64,000 nt of DNA from Takakia lepidozioides (taxonomy: Eukaryota; Plantae; Bryophyta), in contig CM060732.1 in NCBI GenBank assembly GCA_030704615.1, forward strand, positions 9,734,001 to 9,798,000, given 5' to 3'. The notes below the pieces were generated by a model that saw only the letters and a program-made list of their open reading frames with translations, ran no database searches and had not been told where the DNA came from. Every line of letters starts with the position of its first letter. Positions within the stretch are counted from its first letter, which is position 1. Shown here one piece after another: positions 1 through 13,342 of this stretch. A program made the translations under genes and the position numbers.

Positions 1-2
1 TT

Positions 3-899
3 TTGGGATCCGTTGACACAAGCGGGGAGAGAAAATATGCACGTTATCAAGCAGGATTGTTGATGAGTTTCATCGATACAATTGGAGTTGATAAAATTGT
101 CCAACCCACGGACAATACATCTAATATGGTTAATATGACCGATATTTTGAAGGTACGATATCCCCATCTATATTACCAAGGGTGTGCTGCTCATATCTTT
201 GATATCCTTTTGGAGGATTGGGGAAAAGAATCATGGGTGAAACAGCTAGTAAAAAAGGCAAAGTCGGTTGTGATGTTCATCCGTACACATCACATCCCTC
301 TGACATTGTTTAAAAAGCATGAACCCAAATACAGCCTTAGCAACCTGGGTGAAACCCGCTTTGCCACAAACTTTTTTATGGTGGATCGACTGGTGACTGT
401 GAGGGTGGGTCTGGAGCAGGTGATCATCGACCCTCAATGGGATGCGTATGTGGGCACCTTACGCGACTCTCGTAAGTCCAAGTCTTTGAGCAAAAGTCGG
501 AGGATCCGCGCAATCATTCGCTCCGACAATTTCTGGGCGAAATGTACAAATTTTGTGTACATGGTGGAGCCGGTGTTTATTGCTTTACATGAGTTTGATG
601 GAAAACAACCAATAATGGGTAAAACATGATTGATATTGGAAAACCTTCATAAGCACGTGCAATCCTTGAGGCGTCCTCCATTCTCTATGGACGATGATTT
701 GGCGGCAAGGACCGAGGATGCATTTTACGACCGCAAACAGATGGTTCGCACGGACTTGCATTATGCGGGGGTCTTGCTGAATCCATTCTTGCTGGACAAT
801 ACGGATTTGAGAGACGATGTGGATGCCAAAGTCGGGCTTGTACGGGTCATCATGCAACTCGTGCCCTTGAACATGGCAGAACGAGCTTTGTCCGAGTAC
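3..899 (+). mobile_element. hAT-superfamily transposase fragment (DUF659-type), pseudogenised; begins before the window
   Basis: ORFs 3..629 and 630..938 are in frame across one stop. They carry hAT motifs VQPTDN, GCAAHIFDILLED, GETRFATNF and LHYAGVLLNP. Similarity ends abruptly near 899 (RALSEY). Confidence 0.8.
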
Positions 900-900
900 T

Positions 901-1350
901 GGTTAGTGCTTCTCGGATTGCCAGAATCATTTCCATGACATGCCGGATCCAAATGCTAAACGACGTAGTTTGAGGGAAACTGCCAAATCTAACATTGTGT
1001 TTGCTCAAGCTGCTCAGGCAAAGAATTACAACCGCCGTGTTGTATATTCTGAGTCATTCAAGGTAGGTCAGTCTGTTTGTGTGAGACTCCAGCCTGGTAA
1101 GCAGATTTCCAAGGCTAAACGGCGCATTGATGGCCCTTACCTTATCTCTGATATTCTTCCTGGCAGGCAGTATGTCTTGCTCCCACAACATGCCTCTACT
1201 CCTCACTTAGCTAGCTCCATTCATGTTTCATTACTTGTTCCATGCACTCTTACTTTTGATCTAACCTGTTTGAATGTTGAGAACCGTCAGGTGATCTTCA
1301 CCCCGACAGCTCAGACAGTTCGCAATCTGACAACCTCTTCTTTAGAGTAG
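901..1350 (+). mobile_element. Ty3/gypsy integrase C-terminal (GPY/F, SH3-like) fragment
   Basis: ORF 940..1350 reads AKSNIVFAQAAQAKNYNRR..FKVGQSV..RRIDGPYLI..IHVSLL, the typical post-core gypsy integrase region. The catalytic core is absent. Confidence 0.75.
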
Positions 1351-1579
1351 TGTTTGAATTTCGTGTTAGTTTTCTACACCATTTGTAGCACTTGGGGTTT
1401 TTCCTATGGGATGTTTTGTTCTCCACCCAGCTTGCAAGGTGAGGTTTTCTTCCCTAGGTTTTTTCATCCCTTGTGTGCCGGGTGTATAGCTTGTTTTGGC
1501 TAGGCTTCATTTTTGTCCTCCCTGAGCTCATCACTCGCAGGAGCTCGCAGTTCCTTATGGCCCCAACAGGCATCACATA

Positions 1580-2118
1580 TGTGGAGCTGGGATTCCTTCT
1601 CACCTAATTTTTCAACATGGATGGATGGAGGAGGGATGCGCTCCGGATGATTTAAGGGATGGACAAAGCCAGGATGAAAGCTGGATGGACTTACACCTTG
1701 CGCATGAGGATGAGCTGGCAACAGCCGATGGCTTTATTAGGGGCTATCTTATTCTAACAGCTAGTTTAGGATCGGATTAGGATGGGACTAGGTGATCTGG
1801 CTTCTTTCTATGGCTATGCTGGAAGGACATCTGGTTGACCTATGTGTAAGTGCCACACGACACTAAGATTAGATTATGACCTAATGCTATTTAAGCCTCA
1901 CTGCCGTGGCAGTGATGGTGGTGGCTTTTGAGTCTTACGTGAGTGATGGTGGCGTAACGGTGTGCCTAAGTGGTTGGATGAAAATGTTGGAGGTCTAGGT
2001 CTGTGGCGTCCTCTTAGAAAGATAATATCTTCTCTGCCAGGCCCTTCTACTGACTACATTCCCTAGATAGGGTCAAGTCCGGTAGAGGAAGGGGAACAAA
2101 CCCATAGCGCCGGAATCA
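1580..2118 (+). repeat. LTR (539 bp, TG...CA), inverted copy of 23045..23585; putative 3' LTR of the dUTPase-bearing gypsy element
   Basis: TGTGGAGCTGG...CGGAATCA. Manual comparison with the reverse complement of 23045..23585 gave about 20 mismatches in the first 365 nt (about 94-95% identity). Confidence 0.9.
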
Positions 2119-2670
2119 GGCATCGCAGGCCTCTCTCCCCTTCCTTAATTTTTGTTCTTAAGAAAATATATATCGGAAGGGTCTAGTAGTATCTAAAGGG
2201 TTAGGGTTTAGGGCGCTGAATCTTAGATGGAACCGGAGGGGCCGGTCGGTGCTGGGAGCTAGTAACCAGATTTTCCCGGTGGATACTGGCGTCTTGACCG
2301 GTGATGGGCGGTCGGGGCCGCAGCGGACCCAGAGAGAAGTGGAGAAAAGGTTGACAATCTGGGTGTGGATTTCTGGGTGTGGATCTGGATGCTAGAAAGG
2401 CTTTGATGGAGGCCTCCTGGTTCTGAGAAGAAACAGGTTTTCTTGTTTGGCAAAGATTTCATGTACCGTAGAGCTTACATGTTTGTTTCTCTTTTATTTT
2501 TTCCTTCAGTACTCCATAGCTTTGGACCGTTGTCAATGAACTTCACGGGGTCGGCTGTCACATACATTGCAAGTTTTGTACATAAGTGAGAGACAGAGAA
2601 GAAGGCACGTAGTTGAGATTGCAGATTTGTTTTATGAGACTGTCAGAGGGAGAGCAGGGAGGTATTGGCT

Positions 2671-5600
2671 ATGGCAGTCTTGGGATCACATATACCATTT
2701 GTCAATCGCATTTCATCTCCTTCCTTTCCTCCCTCCTCCCGAGCTGACTCCTTGTCCTCTTCGAATTGTCGCTTCTTTCATGACAGCCAAAGGAGTGGGC
2801 CGTCAAATTCTCTTATTCACTTGCAAGACTTCAGATTAAATCGGAGAAAGAAATATTCGCAGTTAAGTTCGTGCCACTTCCAGCAAATGCTTGCATTGAA
2901 AGCTTCTGCATACGAAAGCTCTAGACACTTCCACAGAGTGCAACTATGGATAACCGCAAGCTGGTCAAGTGTTCGAATTCAGGTGTCTATGCGTCATGGT
3001 ATGTGCTGATTCTATCCGTTGTGAGTCTGTCCTCCTCTGTATCTCTTTCTCTCGGCTGTTCTCCTGCTCTTAAGCAGATCTTTTTCTCCCTCTCTCTGTC
3101 TATATGGCCTCAGAGATTCTCAACGGTGGTCGGTTTGTGTGACCTTAACGGTCCAAAGTGGCTCCCAAGAAATATGTCCACCCTTTATTGAAATTTAACA
3201 CGGGGACAGAAGCCGCAGTCTTCTGAACCACTGGAACGGTATTTTTGTCCTGCAAGTAAGATTTAGTTCTGTTGATTGAAATACTTGCGGATGGTGTTCC
3301 AGTAGTACGAGTGCATCCAGAGTTACGTAGGAACTCGCCTGTTGTGACCGCTGTACCAATACAGCTGGATACTTGACCAGATTTTCACCACTGCTCAGCT
3401 GTATCATGCAGTGTAGAACATTTTTCCAGAAGTCAAGTTGCCATACTGTCAACAGGACAGAAGGAGATGAGCACGCCAGCATTGCATGTTTGTAGTGACG
3501 TGCAAACTGAATGGAAGGGAACCCAGATGTTCAGTTCATCTATTCCAGGGTTCCGTTGTGAGGGCAGCAAGTGATCTTGGAAGAAGGTCAGTTGACGAAG
3601 TCCTAAAATGTAAAAGCGGGGTGGAAGTGGGGTCAGAGTGGTGATCTCATGGGGCTGCAATTCTGAATGAAACACAACTGGGACAAGTGTAGGGTTCACA
3701 GAATTGAAAAAATGAACATTGATGTGCTGATGTAGGTGCTAAAGTTGAGAAGGGGCCGAGACACACTATTGCACACAGTGGATATAATGGCGGTGGCAGG
3801 ACAGTAGCAGGAGGCATGGAAGCTGGCTGCACTTTCATCTCCCTCACCATGTTTAGTCCTTCATTGTATGATCCTTGCTCTGTGAACTTCACTTTCTGGC
3901 TCAGAAGAGTGCAGTTCAATAGTTCAAATGACTCACTTTCCTCTCGCGAGGAAAGGCGGAAACTCACTAACTTACAAACCACAAACTTTCTGGGACTTAA
4001 CAGGTTTATGCATCAGCTTGGTAACTATCCCATGAGCAGGACAATTGCTGCAGTCAGTTGTCACTCTTCTAGATTGTGGAAGGGGTTCGCCCCATCAATA
4101 TGTGGGATGAGGATGTGCTCTTCAACTGCTCCCTGTGGATGTTGGCTATTAGGACACCCTTAATGCATGGCCTTGTGGGGTTTAAGCTCAAGTAGGTGTA
4201 TGAGACTAAACCTGACATGGCCATGGGCGCCGACACACACATCCAAGGTTACAGGGAAGTGGCTGTTTATTCATGTGCTGGCAGTGTCATCATACAAGAA
4301 AGCATGAAGTTGTTCCAGCACTGCAGCTTTCTCTAGCTGACGATGGTGTGCTGTGATTACACTGCCTCACACTGTTGGGAGAGAGACATTGTACTCATTG
4401 ACCATTTCCTGTGAATGTTGGCTATTGCGTACCCTTGAGGGTACTGCAGAGTATCAAGATCCTGGAGGGAGCTGTTGGGAGCCTAATGACCTTGGGGAGC
4501 CCAATTATTTTTTAAGTGCTGGGGCCTAGCCAACAACAACTTTATGTGTTGAATGTACAGCGTGAGATAGAATCATGCTAAAAAACACAGCTTAGGGTTT
4601 AGGGTTGCTCTAGTCCCTAATTTTGCCACAGATGGGACACTGCCAGTCACTCTCTGTACAAGGGCAGAGGAAAGAGGGATTGCAAATGCCTGTTGTGAGG
4701 GCAACCTGAAGACTATTCATTTTCTGATTCATTGTCCTGGGTACTCTCGTGAGAGAGACGCCCTCTTCAAATCCATCAAGGGAATTGTGCCTGAACCTCT
4801 GTTTACCAACTTTGAAAGTCTCGAGGCTGAGCTAAAAGCCCAGGCCTTTTGGGGTCTAGTTATTGGGCAAACCACACACAGCAGATTGATGCTTGTGTGA
4901 AGGGATTTCTAGATGATATCTGGAAAACTCGGATTAATAGTCTGTTCCAAGGTAAGTCACACTACCGGCTTCAGCCCCTGGACAATGGTAGTTTCTGTCC
5001 CTTGTGTTCCTCTCAAACTGAGTGCGGGGTCAATGGCCACAAGGCTACGGCAAACAACGTCTTATGAGTACGTTCTGTAAAAGGGCAGAAGTGTCGGGGG
5101 GCCAATGTCACATCCAGTTTGTTTGTGTGCAGCCATGTTAAGCTTGCAGCCGTTGCTTGCCTTCCAAGGCCACGGAGCATCCTCCCATTGTCACCTCCCC
5201 GGAAACAAAGAATGTTACAACAGGCTGTTCAGGTTGAGTTGGCAGTTGTTACAGAGAATTGGTCAGCAAGTGAGGATGCTGTTGCTTCAGCAGCTGTAGG
5301 GGAGGCTGTGACCCTTGCAAGAGCAGCAGCAAAAGCTGCAAGAGATGCAGCTGCATATGCGGAAGCTCAATCTCTGGACATACACTGTGACTTTCCATCA
5401 GAGATGGATTTACTGAGACTGGAGAGGGCACGGTTGAGTGAGATGGAAAGGGTCACTGCTGTGCAGAGGATTGAGCTTGACTCAGAGGAAGAGTGTTTTT
5501 TAGAAACACAAAGGGAGTGGAGTGGAGTGGAAACATTGGGAGGGGAAAATTGGACATCTGGCACAAGGGAGGCAAATGATTCTGTGGCTTCAAGTGGCTC

Positions 5601-8433
5601 AGACATGGGTAAGTTAAGAGTAGTCTCCTAATTTCTGACCTATGTCTTACTGTTTTCCTCATTTCTGTCTACAGGTATGAGTTCAATCTTGCTACTTCAA
5701 GGCTATTTCAAGGGTGCAGGGTTGGTTTGATATCTATGAGGCATTTATATTGTTTGGTTTAGAAGTAGGTCGAGTGCGGTCAGGCCTCTCCTAGATTGCA
5801 TGTCATGCTTGCAACATGAAGTTTCAAGTGATTGGTTAGGTGGTATAGATACAATGTTAATTTGCAGACGTGATCTTCAGCACTGTACGGGATATATTCA
5901 TTAGCTTTTACAGCTTGGATAGAGATCAATTGTGGATTCCTTTTTAAGTGTGCATAGAAAACAGCACATGTTGAGAGCTGATGGTTTTGTTGTCTCTCCA
6001 GAGCCTTCAAGTACACACCTGTATGAGGAGATGACGCAGAAAGAAGGGATAGAGGATGTTGTGGTAAGAACAAGTCGCCGGGAGCAGAGATTGTTGAAGA
6101 GAGAGAGGGCGCTAAAAAAGGCTGAGAGGGCTGCGGCTGTAATTGCAGCCACACCGGTCCCTGCTAAGCTCAAGAAAGCGCAGCTAGGTCATGATCTTTC
6201 TGATCCGGTTCGATCGTACTTGCGAGATGTAGGGACGAGCCAATTGCTTACAACTGCTGAGGAGATGGAGCTCTCAGCAGGAATTCAGGTCTGAAGTTCT
6301 GAAATCACTGTTCTGTCCTTTGCTCTGATGGCTTTTCAATTGTCGAAGTATTCAATTGATTTAAAGGCTTCTCTTTCTCATTGTTCTGTTAGGTAAGAGC
6401 AGTCTTTCCAGTTGACAAAAGTTTACCTGAACCAGAGATGAACAAACCCTTGCACATGCACAATGCATGCTGTAACCCTGTCGGATTGTCCTCAAGGCAG
6501 GGGTTGGGTTTGATGCCATACTCAATTCCTTCTATTCTTGTCCCCAGCTAGTATCCTTTGACGTCGTGGTCACTTGTAGGAATGGTGCGTTTGAGTGGTG
6601 CGACAAAACACTCAAAACTTCTACCCAGATGTGGTCTACATGTGGCCACAGATGTTTGAATGAGAGACAAAGTCAGGGGGACAGAAAACTTGCTATCCTG
6701 TCCGCAAGAGTAGCAAACTGTCCTGGCAATGATGGGTGTGGTTTTATCAGGATCTTCTGAGCTTGGAAAAAAGGAGGAAGAATCTGATGGAGCAGCTTGG
6801 GCGGAAGCCAACACTGCTTGAATGGGCTCGGGCGGGAGGCATGGAGCAACACGCATTTGAAGCACGACTCAGGGAAGGCCAGTTTTGCAAAGACAAAATG
6901 GTCAACTCCAACTTGCGGTTGGTTGTCTCTATAGCCAAAAGATACCAAGGGCGTGGCATGACGTTCCAAGATCTCATTCAGGTCTGGTTTTGGGCACTCC
7001 TCTTTCTTTGACAAGTAAGTTGTCTGCCTGTCCATAATCTTGTGTCTGTCCAGTTCACAACTATTCCCACCTTTTTTAGGAGTTGTCATATAAATTGTAC
7101 ACCTGGACTAGCAGTGGTGTAATCTGGGGTGGTCAGCCTTTAGACGTGTGTAAATCGGAACTGGATCCATTACCAACATGCATATCATCTAGTTGTAATC
7201 TGTTTTATGTCAAAACATGGTTATCCAGTATTTCTCTCGAAAGATCTGAGTGCCTCAAACATCTGCCTGGATTTCTTCAAGAGTGTTGCCAGCCACTTCT
7301 CTCGACTAGAGGTGGCAAGGTTAGGTGTTAAAAGACTTTGCATTGTGTTAAACTCGTTCATAATGTAGTTTTATAATATCAATTGATTTGATCACCATCA
7401 TTTTCTTGTCATATGCACCTGTCCTATCAGACTCAAAAGCTTTACATTTTCTTTGGCAGGAAGGGAGCCTGGGTTTGATTCGTGGAGTTGAGAAGTTTGA
7501 CCCCAAGAAGGGTTTCAAGTTCTCCACATTTGCTTTCTGGTGGATTCGGCAGGCCATCACGCGTGCAATAGCTGATCAGTCAAGAACCATTCGCTTGCCT
7601 GTATGTGGCCTCATGGCTTGTCACACCAGCATGAAACAAATCTGAAGAATCTTCTCACGAATGAATACAGTTGACGCTCTGCATTTTGTAAATGCAAAAG
7701 TGGACCCATGGTTTCCCTTCACATTGCCATGGTGGGTGTGCCTTGCAGATTCATGTCTATGAGGTGATAGCGAGGGTCAACAAAGCTAAGAAGATGCTGG
7801 TTCAGGAACATGGCCGCCAACCATGGGATGAAGAAGTGGCAGAACTTTTAGGCATGACTGTTGAGAAGTTGAAAATGATGGAGAAGTCAGCTAAGGCCCC
7901 AACATCAATGGAGCGTCCAATTGGCAAGGACAACGATATCACCGTTGGGGTATGAAGAATAGTTAGGGATACTCTTGTTTTTTGAGAATAGAGTGTAATT
8001 GTTATGTATCCTCGTTACTATGTCATGAGAGATTGTTTTCTTCCAGTTATCCAATACAAAGTTCATGATTGACTTCTTGTAGGTTCAGTTTTTCTTTGCC
8101 TTCCCACTGTCATGAGTGGTACAGGTAATCTGTAAAAGAAATCCTTTGCAGGAAATGATTCCGGACAAGGGCATCGAGTTACCCGAGGATGCGATATCCA
8201 AGCAGCTGCTCAAGCAAGACCTTGAGCAGGTGTTGCACACTTTGAACCCCCGGGAGAGGGATGTGTTGAGATTGCGCTATGGGATGGACGGTGGGCGTAT
8301 GAAAACACTGGAGGAAATAGGCGTTGTTTTTGGGGTCACTCGGGAGCGTATAAGGCAGATTGAGTCCAAAGCTTTACGAAAGCTTAGGCAGCCAAGCCGG
8401 AACAACGTACTCCGGGAATATTTGGATCTGTAG
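2671..8433 (+). CDS. SIG2: Nuclear-encoded plastid RNA polymerase sigma factor, SIG2/sigB-like (7 exons: ~2671-2998 tentative transit-peptide exon, ~5150-5608, 6002-6288, 6751-6981, 7460-7600, 7749-7949, 8152-8433)
   Basis: Sigma70 regions present: 1.2 ([16 protein letters not shown]), 2 ([38 protein letters not shown]), 3 and 4 ([20 protein letters not shown]). The N-terminal [13 protein letters not shown] motif resembles plant SIG2. GT-AG junctions are phase-consistent. Exon 1 and the exon-2 acceptor (5133 vs 5150) are uncertain. Confidence 0.88.
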
Positions 8434-8689
8434 AGCAGTTCTTTGTGTACTTCTTAATTTCAATGTTAAAACTCATTGGTCCTGTTAACAGTTTGAGCTG
8501 TTTAGTTTTAGGCTTGGAATGCGACTTTGAGTTTGGGGGGAGAATGTATGTCATTGGTGATTGTTATAGGGATTATATACAGAAGGAATGGTTGCAGGAA
8601 ATCTAATGGAAGTGTCAAACTTGGTTAATGAAGCTTCATTACAATGTCAAACTTGGTTAAATGCCGTCAAGATGTGAGGCTTTGACCCG

Positions 8690-9300
8690 GGAATACACTT
8701 CAATCCAGCCTTCCTAGACATCAGATATATGGGGATTTTACAGAGGCAGGCGCTCATTATATCTCCAGACACTGCAACTTCCTAGAAGACGCAAGTTCGA
8801 AGTGCTCTACCTAGAACAAAGATGAGAGGCCACACGCTAGGACCGCCAGCATATTAGGTGATTACCAAATGTACTTCAGCTAACCTCTAGGGGACAAGAA
8901 TGTTGTTCCAAATGGGACAAATTTGAAGACATAGACAATGAGGTAGAGGAAGGGTATAGGTTGGCCTTAGTTACTTTTGATGGTGGGAATGGTGGAGCCA
9001 ACGAAGACAATGAAGAGGGATCTGAAGGAATACTTCCCTGATTTTGGAAATGGTCATAATCAAAGAGTGTTCATGGTGAAGGGACTGTGAGGCAGAGGAT
9101 TACACAGACATAGAAACAAAGTACCGGAAAGGGGATGGAAATAACAGGGGAATTAAGGAGAGAATGAGGGGGGGTCGGGAGAGGGAAAGGGAAAGGGGCA
9201 AGGTCTTGAAAAGACAAGGGTCGACTAGAGCGGCTATGCCGGAGGGCATTCAGCGGGGGAGGTTGAGTAGAGTTGGAGACGACAATTTAGACAAAGTGTC
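8690..9300 (-). mobile_element. Highly degraded L1-type LINE 3' fragment (tentative)
   Basis: Interrupted minus-strand translation gives CPIWNNIL and SRKAGLKC, which resemble CPVW/SEARKAW in the L1 copies at 33 kb and 59 kb. Many stops. Confidence 0.3.
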
Positions 9301-10534
9301 TTAGTGTTTCTATATTGTATATTGTAGAGGTCTTGAGTTCAAATATGTCTAACATTGTGTCGGAACTTGCGACGTGTCAACCCGCGGATCTGTGTTACGT
9401 GGCAGCTATCTGTGCACTGTAATCCCGCCATTATTTTGAATTTTTTCTCAAAAAGCGACCTCCATGCGTCGCTCCAAAAAGCGACCCTCAGGTGGTTGCT
9501 TAAGAAAAACGACGTTTTTTTATATCAATATATGAAGCGAGACGTTTGTTGGCTCCTCCCTAAAGAGGAGACTACCCAGCAGTGCAAAAAAATTATCAAC
9601 TCCCTGCTACACCTTCCCCAGATAACACCTGCCCTAAATGAACCTCTCCTCAGATTACACCAAGGTCCTGCACTCCCTTGGTAAACATTTATGAAATTGC
9701 ATATTCCGTTAGGTCTATTTTTCTTCACAATTTTAGTGGACTATGCATTTTCTTTATGTGTTTTGTTTTTTATTTTTCAAAAATCGCTGGCGGGCCCACA
9801 TATGAATTCTATCCACTGCCCATGTGGCGGGAATAATGAGGTGGCAAGGCTAGAATATTCCACTGCACATTGGAGGTACTACTGCCATCAATGCAATTAT
9901 CTGGTTGATGGCATCGGCCCTGTGGCCTTCGATATATTGGCCTGGCGCAACTTTTTGGTGGTGAGTATCCCTTTGTGTTTCTCGTCTCCTCATAATACGC
10001 AAGACAGGACTGCAGAAGAGACTCTTTAGCATGGCATAGCTGCAGGGCCATAAAATTGTGAGGCCTGAAAATGTGCCAGATAAATGTTCCTCCTGTCTCA
10101 CATACTAAACCATACACATATGCAACATAAGAAGCAGCATTGTGGGTTCGGTGACAATGAAATCAAGTCTGTTTTGTTCTGCATTGCACAAGCACGCTAC
10201 ATAGGGTCAACACGTCAACACCAGAAAATACACACCATACTGGGAAATGGAAGCTGAAAGCACAGCAGATATACGAACAGAGCCATCAATCACCTTCATG
10301 CACTCTCTCATGTCCGGAAGTTTGCGAAGAGAACAGCTCCCGATCCGCGGCACGCCAATGCAATATTTTGCCTCCTGCATCCTGCAACAAAGAAATCTAT
10401 ATGACAGTGTTAACTTTAGAGGGACACAAAGTTGACATTGCTTTGCTAATGTATTGACTGAGTTCTTGTTTAGATCACGCGCATCTTTGCAACAACATTG
10501 TCATATGTGGTTCTGACTGTAACTGTGCTTTCAG

Positions 10535-10963
10535 GGGAAGCGTGGTATTGAGAAGCAGCCGTTCCAGCTTCCTGATTTCAGTGCCGCAACTGGCATTGAG
10601 AAGATTAGACAGGTATGGATGGTTATGACTTATGACCAGTTGGATTTGTTTCTAGTGGATGACCGAGTCTTGTTCTTTTGGTTATTTCCTTCTCAACTAA
10701 TACCATCTGTCAACATGTTGTGGTCCCAAGCATACATTGAAAAGGAGGATAGTAAGAAGCTTAAGCAGAAGCAGAGAGAGAAGACGCAACCCAAGATGGG
10801 AAAGATGGACATTGATTACCAGTGTGTATTATCTCAAGGTGTCTTGATGGCTATCTTGTTCTTTATCTGGAGAGTGCAAACAAAATCAATGTTGCGTTAT
10901 CAAACAAAACCAAAGCTTACTCATCATAGTGATCTCTATCATGATGGAAAGGAGTTTGAGGTG
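10535..10963 (+). pseudogene. SF3B2: SF3B2/SAP145 (U2 snRNP) gene fragment, 3 partial exons with introns
   Basis: GKRGIEKQPFQLPDFSAATGIEKIRQ | AYIEKEDSKKLKQKQREKTQPKMGKMDIDYQ | YQTKPKLTHHSDLYHDGKEFEV. No start or end of the gene; splice sites damaged. Confidence 0.85.
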
Positions 10964-12397
10964 AGGTTTGCATTTGAGGTCAGGGTCAATATGGTGTTCA
11001 GCTTGTCTCTGCTCCAGGATGGTGATGGTAAAATGATGTGTCCCCCCTGAAGCTTCAGCCCTCTCTGTTTTATTTTTGGTGTCCTAGGGACTTAACTTCT
11101 CGGAAATGTGTCAGTGCAAAGAAATGCAGGGTGCTATATGACACTTTGCCAATTGACTGCATAGCCTACCTTGTGCACATTGCTATGTGGTTTAATAAAG
11201 AAGCACCGAATCAAACATCTAAAGGCTGGTTTTTCTGTTGCTGGTTTTTTTGTATGTATGTTCTTCTTACCATTTTCACCCGGGACCTCTGTTCTATTGT
11301 TTTTAATTTTCATATACATATACCAAGCCTTGGCATAGAGGTAGGAATAGTAGTTGAATGGAGGTCAGGATAGACATAATAACACTTTGGTTTGAGTTGA
11401 TTCTATATCCATGCCTTAATTTTGATAAAAGTTTGTTAGAGAAATTTTCTATGTTTTTGCGCCCTTTGGATAGTGACAGTTGCATACATGGCCAAACAGC
11501 TGAGGGGCTCAAGCAGATGCTAATCGAGAGCCATGTGGTGTCTTCCTAGATTACCCATAAATAGAGCAACCTGTTAAGATTATAAGTTGATTCAGCATGA
11601 GCAAATTGTTACAAGGACAGTGCCCGTATCTGAACATGGATGCCTAGCAGCTCTGTCTCTTGCAAAAACGGTTTCCTAGGTCCCTCAGTCAGTCACAACA
11701 AGAGATGAAAGCTTACACTGCCGGAAGAACAACTAACTTTCTTGACCAATCAAATAAACCTGCATAACCAAATCCCCCCAACCTATATTGTTGTGTCCCT
11801 ACAAGACAGTCTCCTGGTAGGCCCCCTTAAAGTTCAACTCGATGTAACCAGAAGCGCATATTATTCCCAAAGTCACATGGATCGAATCCTGCATGTATAT
11901 ATGGGCAGAGATGCCACTACAATTAGTTGAGGCCAAAATATTATAGTTTCTAGCCAGCCAGGAAGACAATGTAACTTGCACATTCTCTCTTAAATAGTGT
12001 CGTACCACTGTTTCAAGCTTGACAAAAATGTATATTTTGCCACAACTTCCGAGGGTTCAAATGGGCGCTTATTTTGTAAGACTTTCTATAGGGTGAAAAA
12101 AAAGTGAAAACAACATTAATTTAAGCACTTACTACCATATTCAACCCGTTCTTTTGATGAGCATTCTCAACCAGGAGGCTGAATTCTATCTAGAGACCAC
12201 TAGAATGAAACATCTTGTGGGATTGGATGGTTCTTCAAAGGTAGAACCTCCAACACTTTGTTCTGAACGTTATGAAAGTTTGGCTCCAGAAGGATTCTTG
12301 CAATGGCAGACCTCTTGGAATCACCCTATCTTTGGACATGGTGGTGCACACCAATAATTGCATAGAATTATCCTAGGAAGTGATTTGTTTGGCTCAC

Positions 12398-12517
12398 CTC
12401 ATCAACATGAGGCTTGCCCCAACCTCCAGCATGGTATCTGAATGAAGCGCCATCTGGGATTGGTGCATTCAACCCAGGAATCTTCAAGTGTGGATGAGAA
12501 GGAGGAGGCCCATATCG
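12398..12517 (-). pseudogene. SF3B2: SF3B2 PSP-domain exon, inverted relative to the upstream SF3B2 fragment
   Basis: AG|RYGPPPSHPHLKIPGLNAPIPDGASFRYHAGGWGKPHVDE|GT. Confidence 0.85.
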
Positions 12518-12725
12518 CTGAAAAGCAACAACATAAGTCCGAAATGAGCAAACAAGTATAAATGGCTGAGAAACAAGCAAAATCTAGAGATCGTTAGAGA
12601 CAACTACAAACAAATCTTTAATGAACCCAACCAAAGTGTCTGATTGCCCGCATGAGAACCAACATCTTGACACCCCAAAAAATACATTTTTCGAGTGAGA
12701 TGCATTATCCACCACTGTGGTTCCT

Positions 12726-12824
12726 GGGGGGGCAGGTGGTTATATTGGCCCATATTCAGGAGGTGCTCGAAGGTTGTATGTTGGAAACTTGCACTTCAAC
12801 ATGACTGAAGATCAGCTCGGATAG
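12726..12824 (+). pseudogene. RBM39/CC1-like splicing factor RRM2 exon fragment
   Basis: Translates GAGGYIGPYSGGARRLYVGNLHFNMTEDQLG*, followed by a GT donor. This matches the RNP2 (LYVGNL) region of plant RBM39/CC1-like proteins. Confidence 0.7.
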
Positions 12825-13158
12825 GTGATGAACTAGCAATAGTTTGTTTTGGAGCCTGGTTGTGCAGCTGCATAAGTCGTGCTTGGTGGTTGATAATTGG
12901 GTGGTTGTCTGAAATGTGGGTTCCATTGGTTGTTTCTGTGATTGGACCACAAACAATGTCTTTTGAGTACATTTTATGGTTGCAAATAAATCCTTGGACG
13001 GTGTAAGTCAATATTTAAGGCGTTTAGGATTAGATTGCCTCTGGATGTGTGAAGTGAGAGCCCAAGTAGCGGATGCATGGCATATCCATTTACTAAGCCA
13101 CTTTTGTAGACCATGAATGAAGGCCTCTAAATGTGTGGATAATGTATATGGTCGGCAG

Positions 13159-13195
13159 GTGTCCTTGGTGATCAATTACGATCTTCTCAACAACC
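13159..13195 (+). pseudogene. eIF4A/eIF4A-III DEAD-box helicase exon fragment
   Basis: CAG|VSLVINYDLLNN, compared with the family motif VSLVINYDLPNN. Very short. Confidence 0.6.
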
Positions 13196-13342
13196 TTTAG
13201 TTTTTTCAGATCTCAGATCCCTTCAGGTCCCTTTAGATCCATCAATTTATATACAAATGAAGAATTAATTTTTAAAAAACATTTGAGTTGCAGATTAAGA
13301 ACTATTTTTTCAAATAAATTAATTTAATTTCAGCATATTAAG

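Noticed and set aside
4050-4480. PPR-like pseudogene remnants in SIG2 intron 1
   Set aside because: Only vague resemblance in stop-riddled frames; not supportable without a search.
2671-8433. Sigma70 protein as evidence of bacterial DNA or recent horizontal transfer
   Set aside because: It has spliceosomal introns and a Ser-rich transit-peptide-like N-terminus, so it is a normal nuclear-encoded plastid sigma factor.
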